Part shown: positions 49,951 through 64,000 of the stretch, piece after piece
Layout: the number at the start of each line of letters is the position of its first letter
Position numbering within the stretch: position 1 is the first letter of the stretch
NCBI GenBank assembly: GCA_051362555.1
Contig: CM120644.1
Span: 3,542,954 to 3,606,953, forward strand
DNA length: 64,000 nt
Reading direction: 5' to 3'
From: Lingula anatina
Lineage: Eukaryota; Animalia; Brachiopoda
Position numbers and translations under genes: made by a program
The notes under the pieces: generated by a model
Databases searched by the model: none
Told to the model about the DNA's origin: nothing
The model's input: the letters and a program-made list of their open reading frames with translations, nothing else

Positions 49951-52900
49951 TTTGAAAAGTTTTGTATGTAATATCCTTTTTGTGTGTGTTTTATTGATAA
50001 GTGATCATTTTAAATATTGTAGGCCCATCACAGGTGTTAGTCTCTAATAACCCTTAGCAGGGTGGGTTCTATTTTTTTTAACGTGAGACGTTAATAAAAT
50101 TTTTATTATTATGTATTCAGTCCCGTATACGTATTACTGATTTGTACAAACGGGGCTCATATTATCAAGATCAACAGAGACATACGAAGAAGAAAGTACA
50201 TCGGCTCTTGTTGAACGCGTTATCGGCGAAATAAAAAGTTATTTATTTCTGAACTCAATGACAAGAGAATTGGAAAATACAAAAAATGCAGAAAAGCCTT
50301 TCTGTAAGCTACACGTACATAATACATGTATGGTAAAGTAAATGGATGATAAACATAATCCAACAACGTACTTGTAAAGTAATACAAATATGCTTAGTAT
50401 TAAAGTAGGCCTACGTATATTTAACTGTCTTAGATAGTTGAAAAGTATGAAATGTGTGGGAAACACTTTATTTATTTATTGTCTGTGATTGAAAACGATG
50501 AAAATATGCATGAAAATATTTAAAAATCAAATAATTTGGCCTCTTGCTACAATTTTGTTTTTGTTTCAGTTTGACAAAATTTTCATACTTGTCAGACCGA
50601 AAGGCTGACATTTTTTACCTGTCGTAAATTTTGTACATATAGCCCTACTAGAGTAAGACACGGTAAACTTAAAATATCGTCTGGGAAAGAGTCGAGAATT
50701 CCTGTCTCACCTATTTAACACTTAAAAAGATTTAATTACAGAGGAAAGGTCGTAGTTGTGGCCGCCCGCCTTACCGAACAATTGAACAAGTAACACCTGA
50801 TGCCTTATCAGGTACCAAACGATTTAATCAGTTCACCGACGAACGATCTGCGTGTCAGTTTTACCTGCATACACAGTAGCTACGAGTCAAACAATGCAGA
50901 AAATCTTATCATTTTATCACTTTAAAAATCTCTTAAGATATCCTTCAAACAAGACATAAAAATCGTAATGAATTGACACTGCCGGTACATGAAGTGATAT
51001 CGCCACAGCTTGCATATATACATGTACAAAATTGTGAAGACGTAGGCCTGCGCACCTGTCCACACTCTTGAAAGCTGTGTACGAGTCTACTGGCTTTTTT
51101 GATTTTATATATAAAAAATAACGAGTCTCTTTCGCATATTTTTATTATCGGAAGCATTTAAAAGAACTCCGAAGCTTTAGTTCGTCATCACTATTGAAAG
51201 TACAGCCAAGGCTCGGACGCTTAGGTGAAGTCTAGTTGTAAACCGCATCGTATTTAAACTAAGAAAGCAAATATTTAATTGCTTGATTCTCCGTCCAAAT
51301 AGCTGTTTCTTGCCTACAGTTTACGCATTTCTGTGCTTCAGTCACCTTTTTAGTTTGACAGAAAGCAATGCACGCTTCATACGACCTTTTTATATGCGCA
51401 CCTTGTACATCATCTACACCTAGCATTGCCATGCTGGAAACAGCAGAGGACCACTATGACCCCTGTGGCGCGCGGTTCCTATCATGCGCACTTCGTATTT
51501 CCGCAAAAGATGAAAAAGGTCTATTGTTTGTTGCGGCGATAGGATTATAGCTTGAAGAGGCTAAACCCATGCTAAGGCGTGCCACGCGAAGCGAACTGTC
51601 CTTTTGTTCACTAGTTTGGCACGCGCAGCTGGTTTTTAGTGTTGCTAACAAACTGCTAGTTAAATTTGTTATCAGTTATTTCATCCTATATGAAATTTCC
51701 GCAGTCAAAAATTGAACTAATTATTGTTTGTTTGGTTGAAATGCATGAGCGTCAGCATCAATCTGTCTCAAAAAATTCCTATTGCATTAATTGATAAATG
51801 TATAATTTATTTATGTACTTACGTTTTAATTTGAAATATCTGCATTCAAGCGTTCAAGTATTTATAAAACATGAATGATAATGAAAGAGGAATAAGGAAA
51901 TAACATATTACTTATATTATGCTTATATTATAATATTGAAATTAAATGAGGTTCATTGACATAGGCGCAATGACAATCCAACTACAACGTGCAACAGGGG
52001 GAAGTCTGGCTGTATGATCATACAATATACGAAAGTACGGTCAATTAAAAGTGTAAATCATCAGTTAAATAGGAGGGGGTCTTACTATGGTCGCTATCTA
52101 TTGTTAAACCCGACTGTTATTGTCTCTCGAACAAGCTTAAAGCATGCCTATACAATTACTGTGTCTCCGGCTGCCGTTCAGAAACACCATGTCGAACTTA
52201 TTTTGCTACAGTGAGAAACATGGTACACTAGCGACTTGTTTTAGATCACTCAAGAAAGGATGCATACGTGCGACACCAGAGGAAAAACAATCAAGTATGC
52301 GTCTGATCCATTAATAGTTATTGCACAGTGCATGTTACTAGACCTTTGTCCTAACTCAGTAGTTAGGAATAGGATGTTTGGATAAAAAGCTTCTATTCAA
52401 CTCGCTTAGACCTAGGGCGTGATGCTATCATCCGATGAAACACGTAACTGAACCCTCTACCTGAACCTGAAGTCCCTTTATCTGAAACAAAAACTGCCCC
52501 TTGAACATGTCCATTTTTTAATCGTCAAATGATTTGTGATTTCATTGAACGTCTTTGATCGAAAGCTTTCAAGTGACAATAACCGAACCATGTGTTGATT
52601 ATTTATTAAAGCGTAATTAAGTTTATTCAACATGATCTATTTTGTAAACGATACTTGCCAAGATTGAGCTTGGATTGATCACCGTCACTATTTAGCTACT
52701 CGCCTATAATGCGTGCTGAACGACAGACAACTTAAAAATATTATCTGTGTAACTGTGCAAATGAACGCATTTAGTTAAAATATAACAAAGCCGGCATTTA
52801 ATCCATCGAACATATTTATATTTGTTCTTTTTAAACCAGTGTAAGGTTAACGCCAAATCAAAGCAAGCCTTGCAGACTGGTTTTGTTTAAACTGTCGTGC

Positions 52901-55600
52901 ATCAAGTAAAGCTACGTAAAGCCTGTTTCTACTTCGCAGTGTTCATCCCAGCCATAAAACTGCATGAAGGATAACAAGACTCCGTAGACCTGTGCTTCAG
53001 GTTTCCAGGAGTCCCGTGTAACACAATAATATCGAAGGCCTGAGAGTAATACATATATGAGGCCGTGTATGAAAGATTTAACAAATTAGAAATTCAAGAA
53101 TTTAAACACGCTTGGTACATGCACATCACTTAATAAGTCATTTCACAAAAATCGCATCTAATATTGTTTAGATTAACCTTTACTTTTATCGATCTCATCC
53201 CATTGTCTTAACCACCTAAAAGAAATATAGTGAACATGAGGAAAAGTAACACGTTTACATGCAGGCGAAGGAGTTATACTTCAATATTAATCGCGAACAA
53301 TATCAACAGCGACTAAAGACCGTTGTCTGTCTTTCACACTTTTACACAATCACACGAAGGTTTAATAAAGGGAGTCGCGGCGCGATATCTATCTCTTTCA
53401 TTCAAACAAGCAAAGGGCTGACCCGAAGTAAGCTTTCTATACTAATGTCCTTTTTATTGTATATTGTAATTACTCTACTTGCTCGCCTCCATTGTCTTGT
53501 AAAAGTGACAAAGAAAGTGTTGTATTCACACACGAGTTGAAAGAACTTTGCATAACTCCTTTGCCTTAAGTTGCATAATGTCTTTCTCAAGGTTATAATC
53601 AGTGTGAAGAGGGTGTCTTGCCTCATTTAAAAAGGGTGTTGTTCTTCATACTGGTTGTTGCTTAACTTATGCTAATCTTAAACTTTTATGTACCAATATG
53701 GTTTTAATAAATCGCCAAAATTATGAATTTAATGAACATTGTGTATCAAACGTTTTGATACGATTGAAATAAATGGACGAGGAGGATTACGGTATTAGGT
53801 TCTATTTACCTCTGGCTTTAACTTCGCCCTGCTATATAAATGAACAAATGTTGCAGATCGTAACAAAAAACTTTCTTATAGTGTTTTATGACATATATGA
53901 TTTACACATTTGATAGTGAAACACTCCTTGACTTTAACGAATCACCTGACGTAAACTGTCTACCCGCGCTCCCCGAAAAAACTGTTTCTTTTAATATTGA
54001 AAGAAGTCCATTAAACCCTTTAGTCTCAACATCATTGTACAGCATGTTGTAATCGATATTTAAAAAAGTTAATTTTTGTACTCCGCTTTCATCGAGGATA
54101 CCTCAAGTTGAGGTTACAATTACATCGCTCGCCTATGCTACTGGAATATATATTTAAGGACAAATTAAGCTTTGTAAAGTCCCTATTGTCACACACCATA
54201 GATACTTTATTTTGTCTTGAATGAAAAAATAGCCTCAAATTATCGTTTTGTTCTTAAACCTTTCATTACTTGAACCAAGATCTGTACTATAGCTACCAAG
54301 ACGTACATGCATCAAGTTGGGTCTGCTGGGGGAGGGGAGCATTTAAATGATTAACGAGGAAGTCTACCTGCAGCAGCAGTGGTTTAAATAATAATCGCTA
54401 TCTAGACTCCTTTTTCTTTGACAGCAACATAAAAAGTGTTTAGGGAGAAAGTCACACAAAGACCTGACGTTGTTTTGTCTTCAGCATTTCCTCTTCCTTG
54501 TTATCTGCAATTACTATCGTCAATTAATGAAATCGAGAAAGCAATTAAGTGACGGCACGTTGAATATAGTCACTAGGTGCATTTCACTGAGTGTTTACAA
54601 GATCTAGCGACACATTTTATCGCCACGCGTTCTAGTTTGATTAGTTTAGAAAATTAAACAGTTACTCTGGCGGCTCTCCGTCATTGCTATGAATCTGACA
54701 TCGAATTTAGTCCAAAATATTAGTAAATTCAGAATTATTAGCTAAAACGTAAATTGCGCTAATTTGTCAGATATTCAAAAATGCCGGTGATCCACGCGGA
54801 GGGTACGCTTTCCTGAAGGTAGCGGCGACGAACGGCGACGATATTTTTCTGAATAGTGAACCTTTATTAGTTACGAAAAGCCCCCTTTTCAACAGGCGCG
54901 TTTTATTAATTACTTCATGTCACAAAGTTAATTTATACAGGCAAAACTTTATTGAAGGAAATAGTTTCACGAAATGAACGAGAGTAAAATATAAGTCGGC
55001 ACAAATATAAGGCATACAACAATGAGTCATGTTATGGATCATGTTATGGGCCATGTCGGATTATAATGGCATACCTTGATGCAAAACAGTCACCGTTTCT
55101 TCCACCGCGAGTCCCTTTATTTAATGTAATGTATTACTCATTACCCGTTTCATTTGACACTCTCTCTTTTTATCTCCCTTCCCCTTTCTCTTGTTAGAAG
55201 GAGGTTAAATAATTAAGCACTCAAAATCTGCACCACCAAACTTCAGAAAAACATAAGTCGACGAACCAGTGGGCTGATCCATAACATCCGACACAGCAGA
55301 ATGAATCAAATAACAGCTAGCACAAATGTATATGCAGTTAGCTATAGTGTCACTACATACATAATGAGCTGCACGCGCGAAGCTGTTGAACAAAAGGATA
55401 GTTCGCTACGGGAGACCGTTTGTTTACATAAGTACTCTAAGAGGCGTGGCTACCCAGGCGACCAGGGGATTAGGCTAGTTACTATATGCCGTCAACAATC
55501 GTTTAGCGACCCTATCATTATACACTCTCTCTATTGTATTTTCCACCGCATTAATCGCAGTGTAATCTTCAAATGGTCCACGGGGTAAATGTACACATTC

Positions 55601-57340
55601 TTAATCCAAGTACGGTAGCTCTCTTTGCGTTCTTGTTCTAATATCAGAGTATCTCTCGCTGCTCACAGAGATCATATCAATTAAACATAAATCATCTAGT
55701 CCTGTCACGTCAGAACTGGTGTCTGGTAAGTATGCTCTCGACAATGTATTTGCTACCACCATATCTTTGCCTTTCCTGTATACAACATTGAGATTGTACC
55801 ACTGTAGACGTAGCAACATCTTCTGCAATCCCATTGGAGCTGACAGTAATGGCTTCTTAAGAATGCTCTCTAATGGCTTGTGGTATGTGTACACTGTTGT
55901 TTCCTTACCGAAGATGTAGCAGTGGAATTTTATAGCTCCATGGACAATGGCGAGCATTTCCTTCTCTATTTGAGCATAACGCATTTCAACATCAGTAAGA
56001 GAACGTGACGTGTATGCTATAGGTCGGCCATCTTGTATTAACACTGCCCCTAGTCCACTTCTTGATGCATCACACTGAATCTCTACGGGCTTGTTCACAT
56101 CATAATAAGCTAATACAGGCGGTGTGCTACACAAGTGTTTGAGTTCCTCAAAACTTGCTTGTTGCTCATGTTCCCACTTGAATGATACACCATTCTTCAA
56201 TAATGCTCTCAGTGGGGCATCCACCTGACTCAGGTTTGGTATGAACTTGGCTAGATACTGTACAAGACCAAGTATTCTTCGTACTCCATCCTTATCTGTG
56301 GGTGGTGTCATCTCAGTTATTGCGCGCACTTTTTCTGGATCTGGGCTCAGGCCTTCTGCTGTGAGGATATGTCCCACATACTGAACTCTGGGCTGACGCA
56401 CCTGACACTTATCAAAATTGAGCTTTAGGTTGTATTCAGTAGCTCTCTGATTAACCTTCTTGAAAATCGAATCATGATGCTCACGATCTGTGCCTGCTAT
56501 CAATATGTCATCCATTATAGCTGTGGCACCTTCTATGCCTTCAAGCATTTCATCCATGATTCTCTGAAAGACTTCTGGCGCTGATTTAATACCGAAGGGT
56601 AGGCGAAGTCATCTGTACCTGCAAATTGGAGTGTTGAAAGTAGTCAAAAAGGATGACTGCTCATCAAGCTGTATCTGCAAAAATCCCTGTGTGGCGTCTA
56701 ACACAGAAAACACTGTGGCTTTTGGAATACTAGCTACAATAGTTTTCAGTGGATGATGCGCTCTTTTGATTGCATAGTTCAAATCACATGGGTCTATACA
56801 GATTCTCACTTTATCATTTCTTAATGAAACAACCATTGAACTGACCCATTCAGTTGGCTCATGGACTCGGGTAATGAAGCCATCTGATTCCATTTCCTGT
56901 AATTTCTCTACGATGCGTGGCTTCAGTGATGCTGGCTGTCGTCTGGCTGGATGTATAACTCCCTTTGCTGTTGGGTCTATCTTTATGGTATGCTTACCTG
57001 GTAGCGTACCTGTGTTCTTGGCAAGTTCAGTGAAATCATCTACACTGTTTACCTTGTTGAAATTTACTCTGACTCTATGGAGGAGCCCAAGTTTCTCTGA
57101 AACTTCACCGTTAATGACATTTTCCTGGTCTATGTCTACTTCTTCAAAGTCAACTGTCAACTGAGTAGTATTGTATGCCACTGAAAGCTGTGCTTTTCTG
57201 ATTGGGCGGATCTTGTGATTAGAGTAGGAGCGAATAACTTTAGTTGTTTGGTTCAAGTTCTTGTGAAGACTAAGTTTTTCATAATCAACTTTCACTAGAA
57301 TGTTACATTTACAGTATCTATACGAAATTTAAGTGGCTTG
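55601..57340 (-). pseudogene. Gypsy pol (protease-RT-RNase H; ORFs 56609-57295 and 55601-56557)
   Basis: Conserved RT and RNase H motifs; an in-frame stop between YR and LRLPFGIKSAPEVFQR. Confidence 0.88.
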
Positions 57341-57363
57341 TCTTGGACATCTAGTGTCACTAT

Positions 57364-58325
57364 CTATTTATCTTCAGCTGCACTGACAGAGTCAACATTT
57401 TCATCATCAACTTCATTTGTATGAATGTACAGTGGATCATTGTTGCTATCTTCACTCACTGAATAATCACAGTAAACATCATTATCACTTTCCTGTAAAG
57501 TGTGTACTGCCTTGGCTTTTCGTTTTCTGCATACTGAATACCAATGGTCTGGTTTCTTACAGTATCTGCATTTGGTTCCTTTTGCCGGGCAAGTATTGTT
57601 TCTATGGGCTGTTGCAATATCTAAACCACACTGACCACATTTCTTGTTCTTTTGCTTCCAAGGTACGTGGTCCTGTCTCTTAGAGGCTTGTGAGGGATTT
57701 CTACTAGCATGGCTTTCCTTACTCTTATGTGACTTGTGATTAATGGCGGAAACTTCAACTTCTGGTCTTAGAATCTTCATTTGTTGCTGGGATGACTCAT
57801 ACTGTCTGCCTATTTCTAATGCTTGAGCTAGAGTAAGTCTTTCCCCTTTTTCTAACAGTTTCTCTTGAACTCGAGGATAGTACACCCCACGTATTATACA
57901 GTCAATTAAAATGTCTTCAGCGTCTTGGTACTCAGAATCCATAAGAATCAATCTGATGTCTTTTACAAAATTGTCAAATGTCTTACCTTCCTCCTGCTTC
58001 CTTTTCTCGAGATTAGCCTAAATCTTTGTGCACGTTTGTTTTTTCTGGGTCTTACATAATTTTCAAGCTTGCCGAATATTGCTTCTGGCTTATCCTCTTC
58101 ATCTTCTTCCCAAGTGAATGTTTTGTAAATTTCTCTCCCTTGTTTTCCAATCCACATGCCTAACCATCCTGCCCTTTTCTTATCATCTGTTTGTGATAGT
58201 GGACCCTTGAAAACAAGCTCAGCATGCTGTCGGAATCGGGTAAATTCCAAGTACAAATTTTTAGACTCCCAATCAAAACTGGGTTGCTCGAATGCATACG
58301 CCATTTTAATTAGTGTCTCGCACAA
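57364..58325 (-). pseudogene. Gypsy gag (ORFs 57963-58325 and 57364-57951, frameshifted)
   Basis: Gag-like N-terminus plus zinc knuckle CPAKGTKCRYCKKPDHWYSVC. Confidence 0.8.
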
Positions 58326-58391
58326 TTAAAAATGTCATGTGACATGTGTAAGGACTCACTAATAGCTTGAAAAGTTCAACTTCTGACACCA

Positions 58392-58508
58392 TGTAACATA
58401 AACGTGCTAACTCTCTAAGCCGCCATGCTGGAACACACGTGTATTATTCATGTCGCTTACAACATTGTAAAATAAGAGGTGGTCGCTTAAGACAAATAAA
58501 ATGTTACA
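58392..58508 (-). repeat. Putative 5' LTR (117 bp)
   Basis: TGTAACA...TGTTACA termini, immediately followed on the minus strand by the PBS (58380-58391). Confidence 0.65.
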
Positions 58509-58950
58509 GTGTTGAAAAGGTTGAAAAATACGGGTAGCTATATCTGTAAATTGACATTATAAAGAGGTGAAAGTGATTTGAACTGAAACCTTAATTGAAT
58601 AGATATGAGGGCATATCCCATTTACATATCTGTCTGGCAATGTCTGTCTTTTTTTGTGCTTTGTCATCCTATTCAATGTTATCAATTTGAGAGAAGGAGA
58701 GAAAGAGATATGGAGAGAGAGAGAGAGAGAGAGTGAGAGAGAATTATTTTAAATATATATTCATATTAGAATTGACAGCTTTTAATCTAGCCACGAATGT
58801 GCTAATGATTCCGAAAGTTGGAAGGCAATGGAGCTCAACAAGATGGCAGGCTATGGAGCTCAGACAGATTGTTGCTCAAAACAGAACGGTCTGCACAGTT
58901 TTAGAGAGTAATGTCCAGACTGCTTATATATATATCAGAATCTGCACAGT

Positions 58951-59030
<80 letters not shown>

Positions 59031-59575
59031 CAAAGTGACAGTCACCTCAACCTGCTTATCTATAATACGGTACCGAGAACTGTCGTTGAGTCAATGACCA
59101 AAATACAACGTTGAGTCAACGTCACATTATGACGGTGTTTTGACGTGGCTGGATCAACGTTGATCTTAAATTGAATTTAGGTAAATCAACGGCAATTCAA
59201 CGTATCAACCTGAAACCGCGTGGCTTTCTTTATTGAGGTCAAATTCCATCCATACCACTCAATTGGCCAAAACACAGTTTACAGACATCCAAACGAGGCC
59301 TACGACGAAGCTTGTACCGCGTCTGAAGTGAATAGGGTCATTGACAGCGTCAGTATTTGAAGTGGATACCACATTGGTGAAAAAACACCAATGGCAGTCA
59401 TCAATGAAAATCTGAACCAGATCAAATAAGGGACTAATCTGGGAACCGCTTGACTATCATTTGATAGGGGGTACCTTAAGAACAATTTTATGTTGCACGG
59501 TGAGATTCTGAATCATTAGCACACCCGTGACTAGATTAAAAGCTGTCAATTATAATATGAATATATATTTAAAAC

Positions 59576-59610
<35 letters not shown>

Positions 59611-60570
59611 AAATTGATAACATTAAATAGGCTGAGAAAGCACAAAAAAAGACAGACATTGCCAGACAGATTATTGCACAAAACGGAACGGTCCGCACAG
59701 TTTTAGAGAGTAATGCTCAGACTGATGTATCTACATAGAGGCCACACCCAGTGTATCGAAATCTTACCACAAGGGTACATCACTCACTGTCCTTTCGGGA
59801 TATGATGCTGCAACTAAACGAAAACCACCCAGTCCATTCAGAATGAGGGGTAAATTACCACCACCAAAACGCGTTTTTCAACGGGAATTGGGGACCATGA
59901 CCGTTTTTGAGCAGAACACTGAAACCATGTGGCTTTCTTTATTGAGATCAAATTTCACATGTATCTGTAATTTGATATCACTAAAAGGTGAAAGTGATTC
60001 GAAATGAAACCTTAATGGAATAGATATGGGGGCATATCCAATATACAGTTGAGCTCCATCGCCTTCCATCTTCCTCTGTCTGGACCATTAGCAATATATA
60101 GATAATTTACTGAGTGCCAGTAGTTTTTACAATTATATTCTAACTATTTAATTCCAACCCCGAGACCCCCTATCTCTCTCTCTCAAATTCATAATATTGA
60201 ATATTCTGACAAAGCGCAAAAAAGACAGACATTGCCAGATATATTACTGCACAAAACGGAACGGTCCGCACAGTTTTAGAGAGTATTACCCAGACTGATG
60301 TACCTACACAGAGGCCACACACAGTGTATCGAAAACAAAAAAATACCCGGTCCGTTTAGAATGAGGGGTAAATTACCACCAAAGCACATTTTTCGAGGCC
60401 TCTAGCGAACACCAAACTGGTTGTAGCCGGTTAGAATCCACACAACCTCCGAAGGACCCACTGTAAACGGCAAAACATCGTCGTTTGTTTCTCTACTGAA
60501 TTGGGGACCATGACCGTTTCTGTGTAGAACACTAAAACTGCATGGGTTTTTTATTGAGGTCAAATCTCGG
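58509..60570. repeat. Tandem and inverted sub-repeat array of the same non-autonomous family
   Basis: Matches 10376-11560 in several blocks; includes (GA)n, (TA)n and (TC)n tracts. Confidence 0.65.
58953..59028. repeat. (TA)n microsatellite
   Basis: Direct reading. Confidence 0.95.
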
Positions 60571-61922
60571 CTGTAACGCTCTATTATCCAAAACAGGGAG
60601 TGGACTACACTATAAGGCATACAAAGCAAGCGTTGTTGAATGTAGCAATGAGAGACCGGTATTTAATTTTAGCAATTTGCTGTGCACAATCTATTTTATT
60701 AAAAAAAATTATAGCACAGATGCCTATAATCAGTTTACCCTTATTACTTTATGTATAATAAAAAAATGACACTTTTACATTGCAAGATGGAGGTCATCGA
60801 TTATGAGGACCAATGAAAATTGGCAAGACAGAATTAATTTTAGCCTTCACGGGTAAGGGGTATTCATCCTTATGACATGAATATGACATAACATTGGTCA
60901 TATTAAAATATTTATTTACGGTAACTAACAAGTCTAGACGGTGTCAATGGCGATCCATCGCACATCCCAGTATTTCTTGTAAAAATTGTAATTTATTTAT
61001 TAATCAGATTTCACTTATTGAAGGTAAAAAACATGGTAAATATAAATTTTATCTTCCCTATGATATGCATGGACCCCCATATTCTTTGGGATCCCCCTCG
61101 CCATGTATATACATGTATGCCTTCACAACCCCTCGCTGACGCTCAAGGTATTCTGACAAATATCGCTCGGGTGACACCTGAATGCACGTGCAATCCTAAA
61201 TCAGTGTCAACAACGTTTCGACGAACATTGTACTGTTTAAATAATATACATGTAGGTATGTAAACTTAATCATGTGCAGGAAAAGTCGGCAACCAATTCC
61301 CTACCTTTTCGGTCGGTAAAAGTATCTCAAAATAAACTTGATGACCAAATTTGAAAATATTTAGGCTATCAAATCCACATATTTCTTACCGTATATTTGA
61401 AGGAACCAGAATATTTTGTAATGTTTTCATTAGTATTATCAAATTTTCCACTCGGGGTTGGATTAATGCATTCTTTGCATCGTAGTTGAATAAAATTACT
61501 AATGAATAAAAAAAAAGAATATTAAAAGACCTTCGTGAACAAATTTAAAATTCAAGATCAAAGACGAAATAAAAGTCTATCAGACAATTTTGGAACGTGT
61601 ATATATCGCACGGGTTAAAATATCACTCACTGATCGTTTGGTTTTAATTTAAAGCCTTTGAATGTTTCAGATCCTGACGGATAACACGCCGTGTAATGTG
61701 AACTTGTTTATAAATCAATAATGTGAATTGCAGCGATCAAAATTATTTTTTCGTCACCATAAAACTTACCTTGTCAAAGCTTTTAGAACCAACTTCCAAT
61801 GGCGAGTAAATTTCACTCAATGGTGTGACAATTGCGTGATGTCCCTCTAAAAGGTAGCAGCGCGTGAGAAACCATCCAATCAAGAGCATGCTCATAGGTC
61901 GCCGAGGGTCGCATCGACCACG

Positions 61923-61966
<44 letters not shown>

Positions 61967-62579
61967 CACCTCTGCCAGTTTTTACACGGCTCAAAGTCCA
62001 CATACCAAAGGATAAACCAAATTAACTAATTCGTCAACAAAAAATTAAAAAGGAAGAAAAAAAGCTGAGATTTCTGGTTTAAAATCAGCTAGTATTGGAC
62101 CATTTTCCAAAAGATATGCTATTTTTAGCATATATGCAATAAAGATCGATGGCGCGTTAAGTAGAGAGGTAGTGGACCTATTGCCGTCAAACTTATATTA
62201 TATATTATTTAAATACAGGTCGAGATCGAAAATTAGCCTAATCTGATTATTTTTCTGGAAGTTATGAAGTTTTGTGTAAAACTTTAATTTTTCTCATTCT
62301 GGCAATGTAAATATACGAATCTGAAAGACCTTACCACCATCTGCTGCAAAGAAAATGGCCAACGGTTTTGTCAGTCATCCCTTCACCTTTGAAATACACT
62401 GAAGGGGTATCAGACATGAGCAACATTTCAAAGTGGACGCATTTATTGGGATAGCGTTGGTCATCATGCAAGTTGATCAGGTTGGTATCAATATTTGTAA
62501 GCAGCCGTCGGACTAAGACCATGACTTAGGGTATTTGCGAACACTTCTTCTGGTGGCTGATCAGACCAATCCTTGTCAG

Positions 62580-62960
62580 ACAGACGCAGCAACAGTTTTC
62601 ACAGGCATATGTCGTTTCTGGGACTGCTTGAATTTCCGCCCATCTTTTTTTGCCCTTATTGCATCAAGCACCACTTCAAGTACCTGTACAATCCTCCAGT
62701 TATTTCGGTCCTCAGATAGAGAATACCAGCTGTTAGTTGGTCTTTCAATCGCAAGCATATTATGCTTACATACTTCCTGAAATCAGAGCTATTGTCGACC
62801 AACAGCTCTAAAGACCATTTTCAGTTCTCCAGACAAGAGGTCATTTGGGATCTGACCGTCCTCTATGCAGTTGGCATGTCCCGGCCACCTCAGCCTGCGT
62901 TGTCTTAAAAAAAGTGTACATTGATTGAATATCTGCCATCCTAAGAACGCTATTGTTGGT
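62580..62960 (-). mobile_element. Degraded RTE/BovB-like LINE 3' fragment
   Basis: LRQRRLRWPGHANCIEDGQIPNDLLSGEL..R.VGR and WYSLSEDRNNWR. Confidence 0.75.
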
Positions 62961-63114
62961 GTTGGTGACGCTATTGCTGGTTCCACGAGATCGAAAGAGT
63001 CCGGTGACTGCACCAGTGAAAGGCGTGCGGGCTATTTTCAAAGACGCAAGATGAAAGCTTTGGTGATAGCATCCTTTCCAATCTTTTTCCAAGCTCTGTA
63101 TCAAATGAAGTATA

Positions 63115-64000
63115 CACACACTGGACAATAGAAGTGTCACCCTCTAACTCAGAGTAATAAAAGTAGGCAGATATTGAGTAGTTATAATGCCTGGTCTACT
63201 TATAATGTGACGAATGAGTATAAAACCGCTATACCATGGAATTGTATTGTTGGTCTTGTACATGTACAGCAAATGTTATTCCTGTCTTCCTCCAATATGG
63301 CAAGATACAGGCAATTATCTAACGGTTATAGGTGCAAGTTATTAACCTGAAGAGGAGGAATATAAGCAATGTCAGAATATCGATACAATTGAATCGTTCA
63401 GTCAGAACCGTGCAGAGGGTCTGGTCTCGGTATAGAAACACTGGATCAAGAGACAAATTGTCTCTGATGGGTCGTCCAAGAAAAACTACTGGCCGTGAAG
63501 ACCGACGACTGATTTTGATGTCCAGGTTGTCAAAGTTCGACACTGCTTGTCAGTTGACAACACAGTGGAACGATTTCACACATAAGAATGTGTCTGTGAA
63601 AATTGCTAGGCGTCGGTTACATGCTCATAGAGTGTACAGCAGGGTAACAAGACTGAAACCTCTTATATCGTTACAAAACAGGCAACGTAGAGTGAACTAG
63701 GGTCAACAGGATCTGGAACTGGACAGTCCATGACAATTGGTCCTAAATATTTTTTTTCCGATGAGTGTCGCTTTGGTCTGACCTCTGATGACAGAAGGGT
63801 ACGATGCTGGCGAACTGCTGGTAAAGCATTTGAACCACATGCACTGAATTTTCGAACCCGGAGCAGCATATTCATCATGATGTGGGGCTGCATCAGCATC
63901 CATGGCGTGGGTGAATTGATAGTGGTTGATGGAAACATGAATCACTAGAAATATATCGATGTTTTGGGGTCAGGCTTGCTACCATCTATTACTAACATGT
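63115..64000 (+). mobile_element. Tc1 transposon with decayed transposase (starts near 63298, runs off the window)
   Basis: HTH region, GRPRKTT.REDRRL, FSDECRF (first catalytic D), IMMWGCIS..GVGEL..VDGNMN; stops and frameshifts; TA-CAC start near 63113. Confidence 0.88.

Larger units (their letters stand above)
55601..58508 (-). mobile_element. Gypsy/Ty3 LTR retrotransposon, 3'-truncated (gag, protease, RT, RNase H; no integrase or 3' LTR seen)
   Basis: LTR-like segment, PBS TGGTGTCAGAAG, gag with CCHC knuckle (CRYCKKPDHWYSVC), protease relic FRIDT, RT (VRICID, VLDATQGFLQI, IMDDIL), RNase H (CDASRSGLGAVL, YAQIEKEMLAI); several frameshifts and stops. Confidence 0.93.

Noticed and set aside
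50400-55500. Non-repetitive-looking stretch that might hold a promoter or exons of another gene
   Set aside because: No ORF with recognisable motifs or consistent exon chain could be supported by eye.

Overview
AT-rich, intron-containing animal (invertebrate-like) DNA; most of the six-frame ORFs are spurious. The main content is a minus-strand tandem cluster of small secreted EGF-domain genes, recovered by manual exon reconstruction. There are four paralogous cassettes (EGF-A exon, atypical EGF-B exon, tiny stop exon) at about 5.3-6.5, 25.4-26.2, 30.4-31.5 and 38.6-39.7 kb. Only two signal-peptide exons were found (7094-7163, 42330-42399), and two further orphan EGF exons lie at 22.3 and 22.9 kb. 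All exons are phase 1-1 and open, and EGF-B is hypervariable while its Cys codons and flanking introns are conserved, suggesting diversifying selection and possibly combinatorial splicing. The rest is decayed mobile DNA: Tx1/L1-like and RTE LINEs, a truncated Gypsy LTR element, a Tc1 transposase, a Polinton/Maverick ATPase relic, THAP- and SWIM-type transposase relics, several MITE families, and a TSD-flanked 213-bp element with a degenerate hammerhead core.
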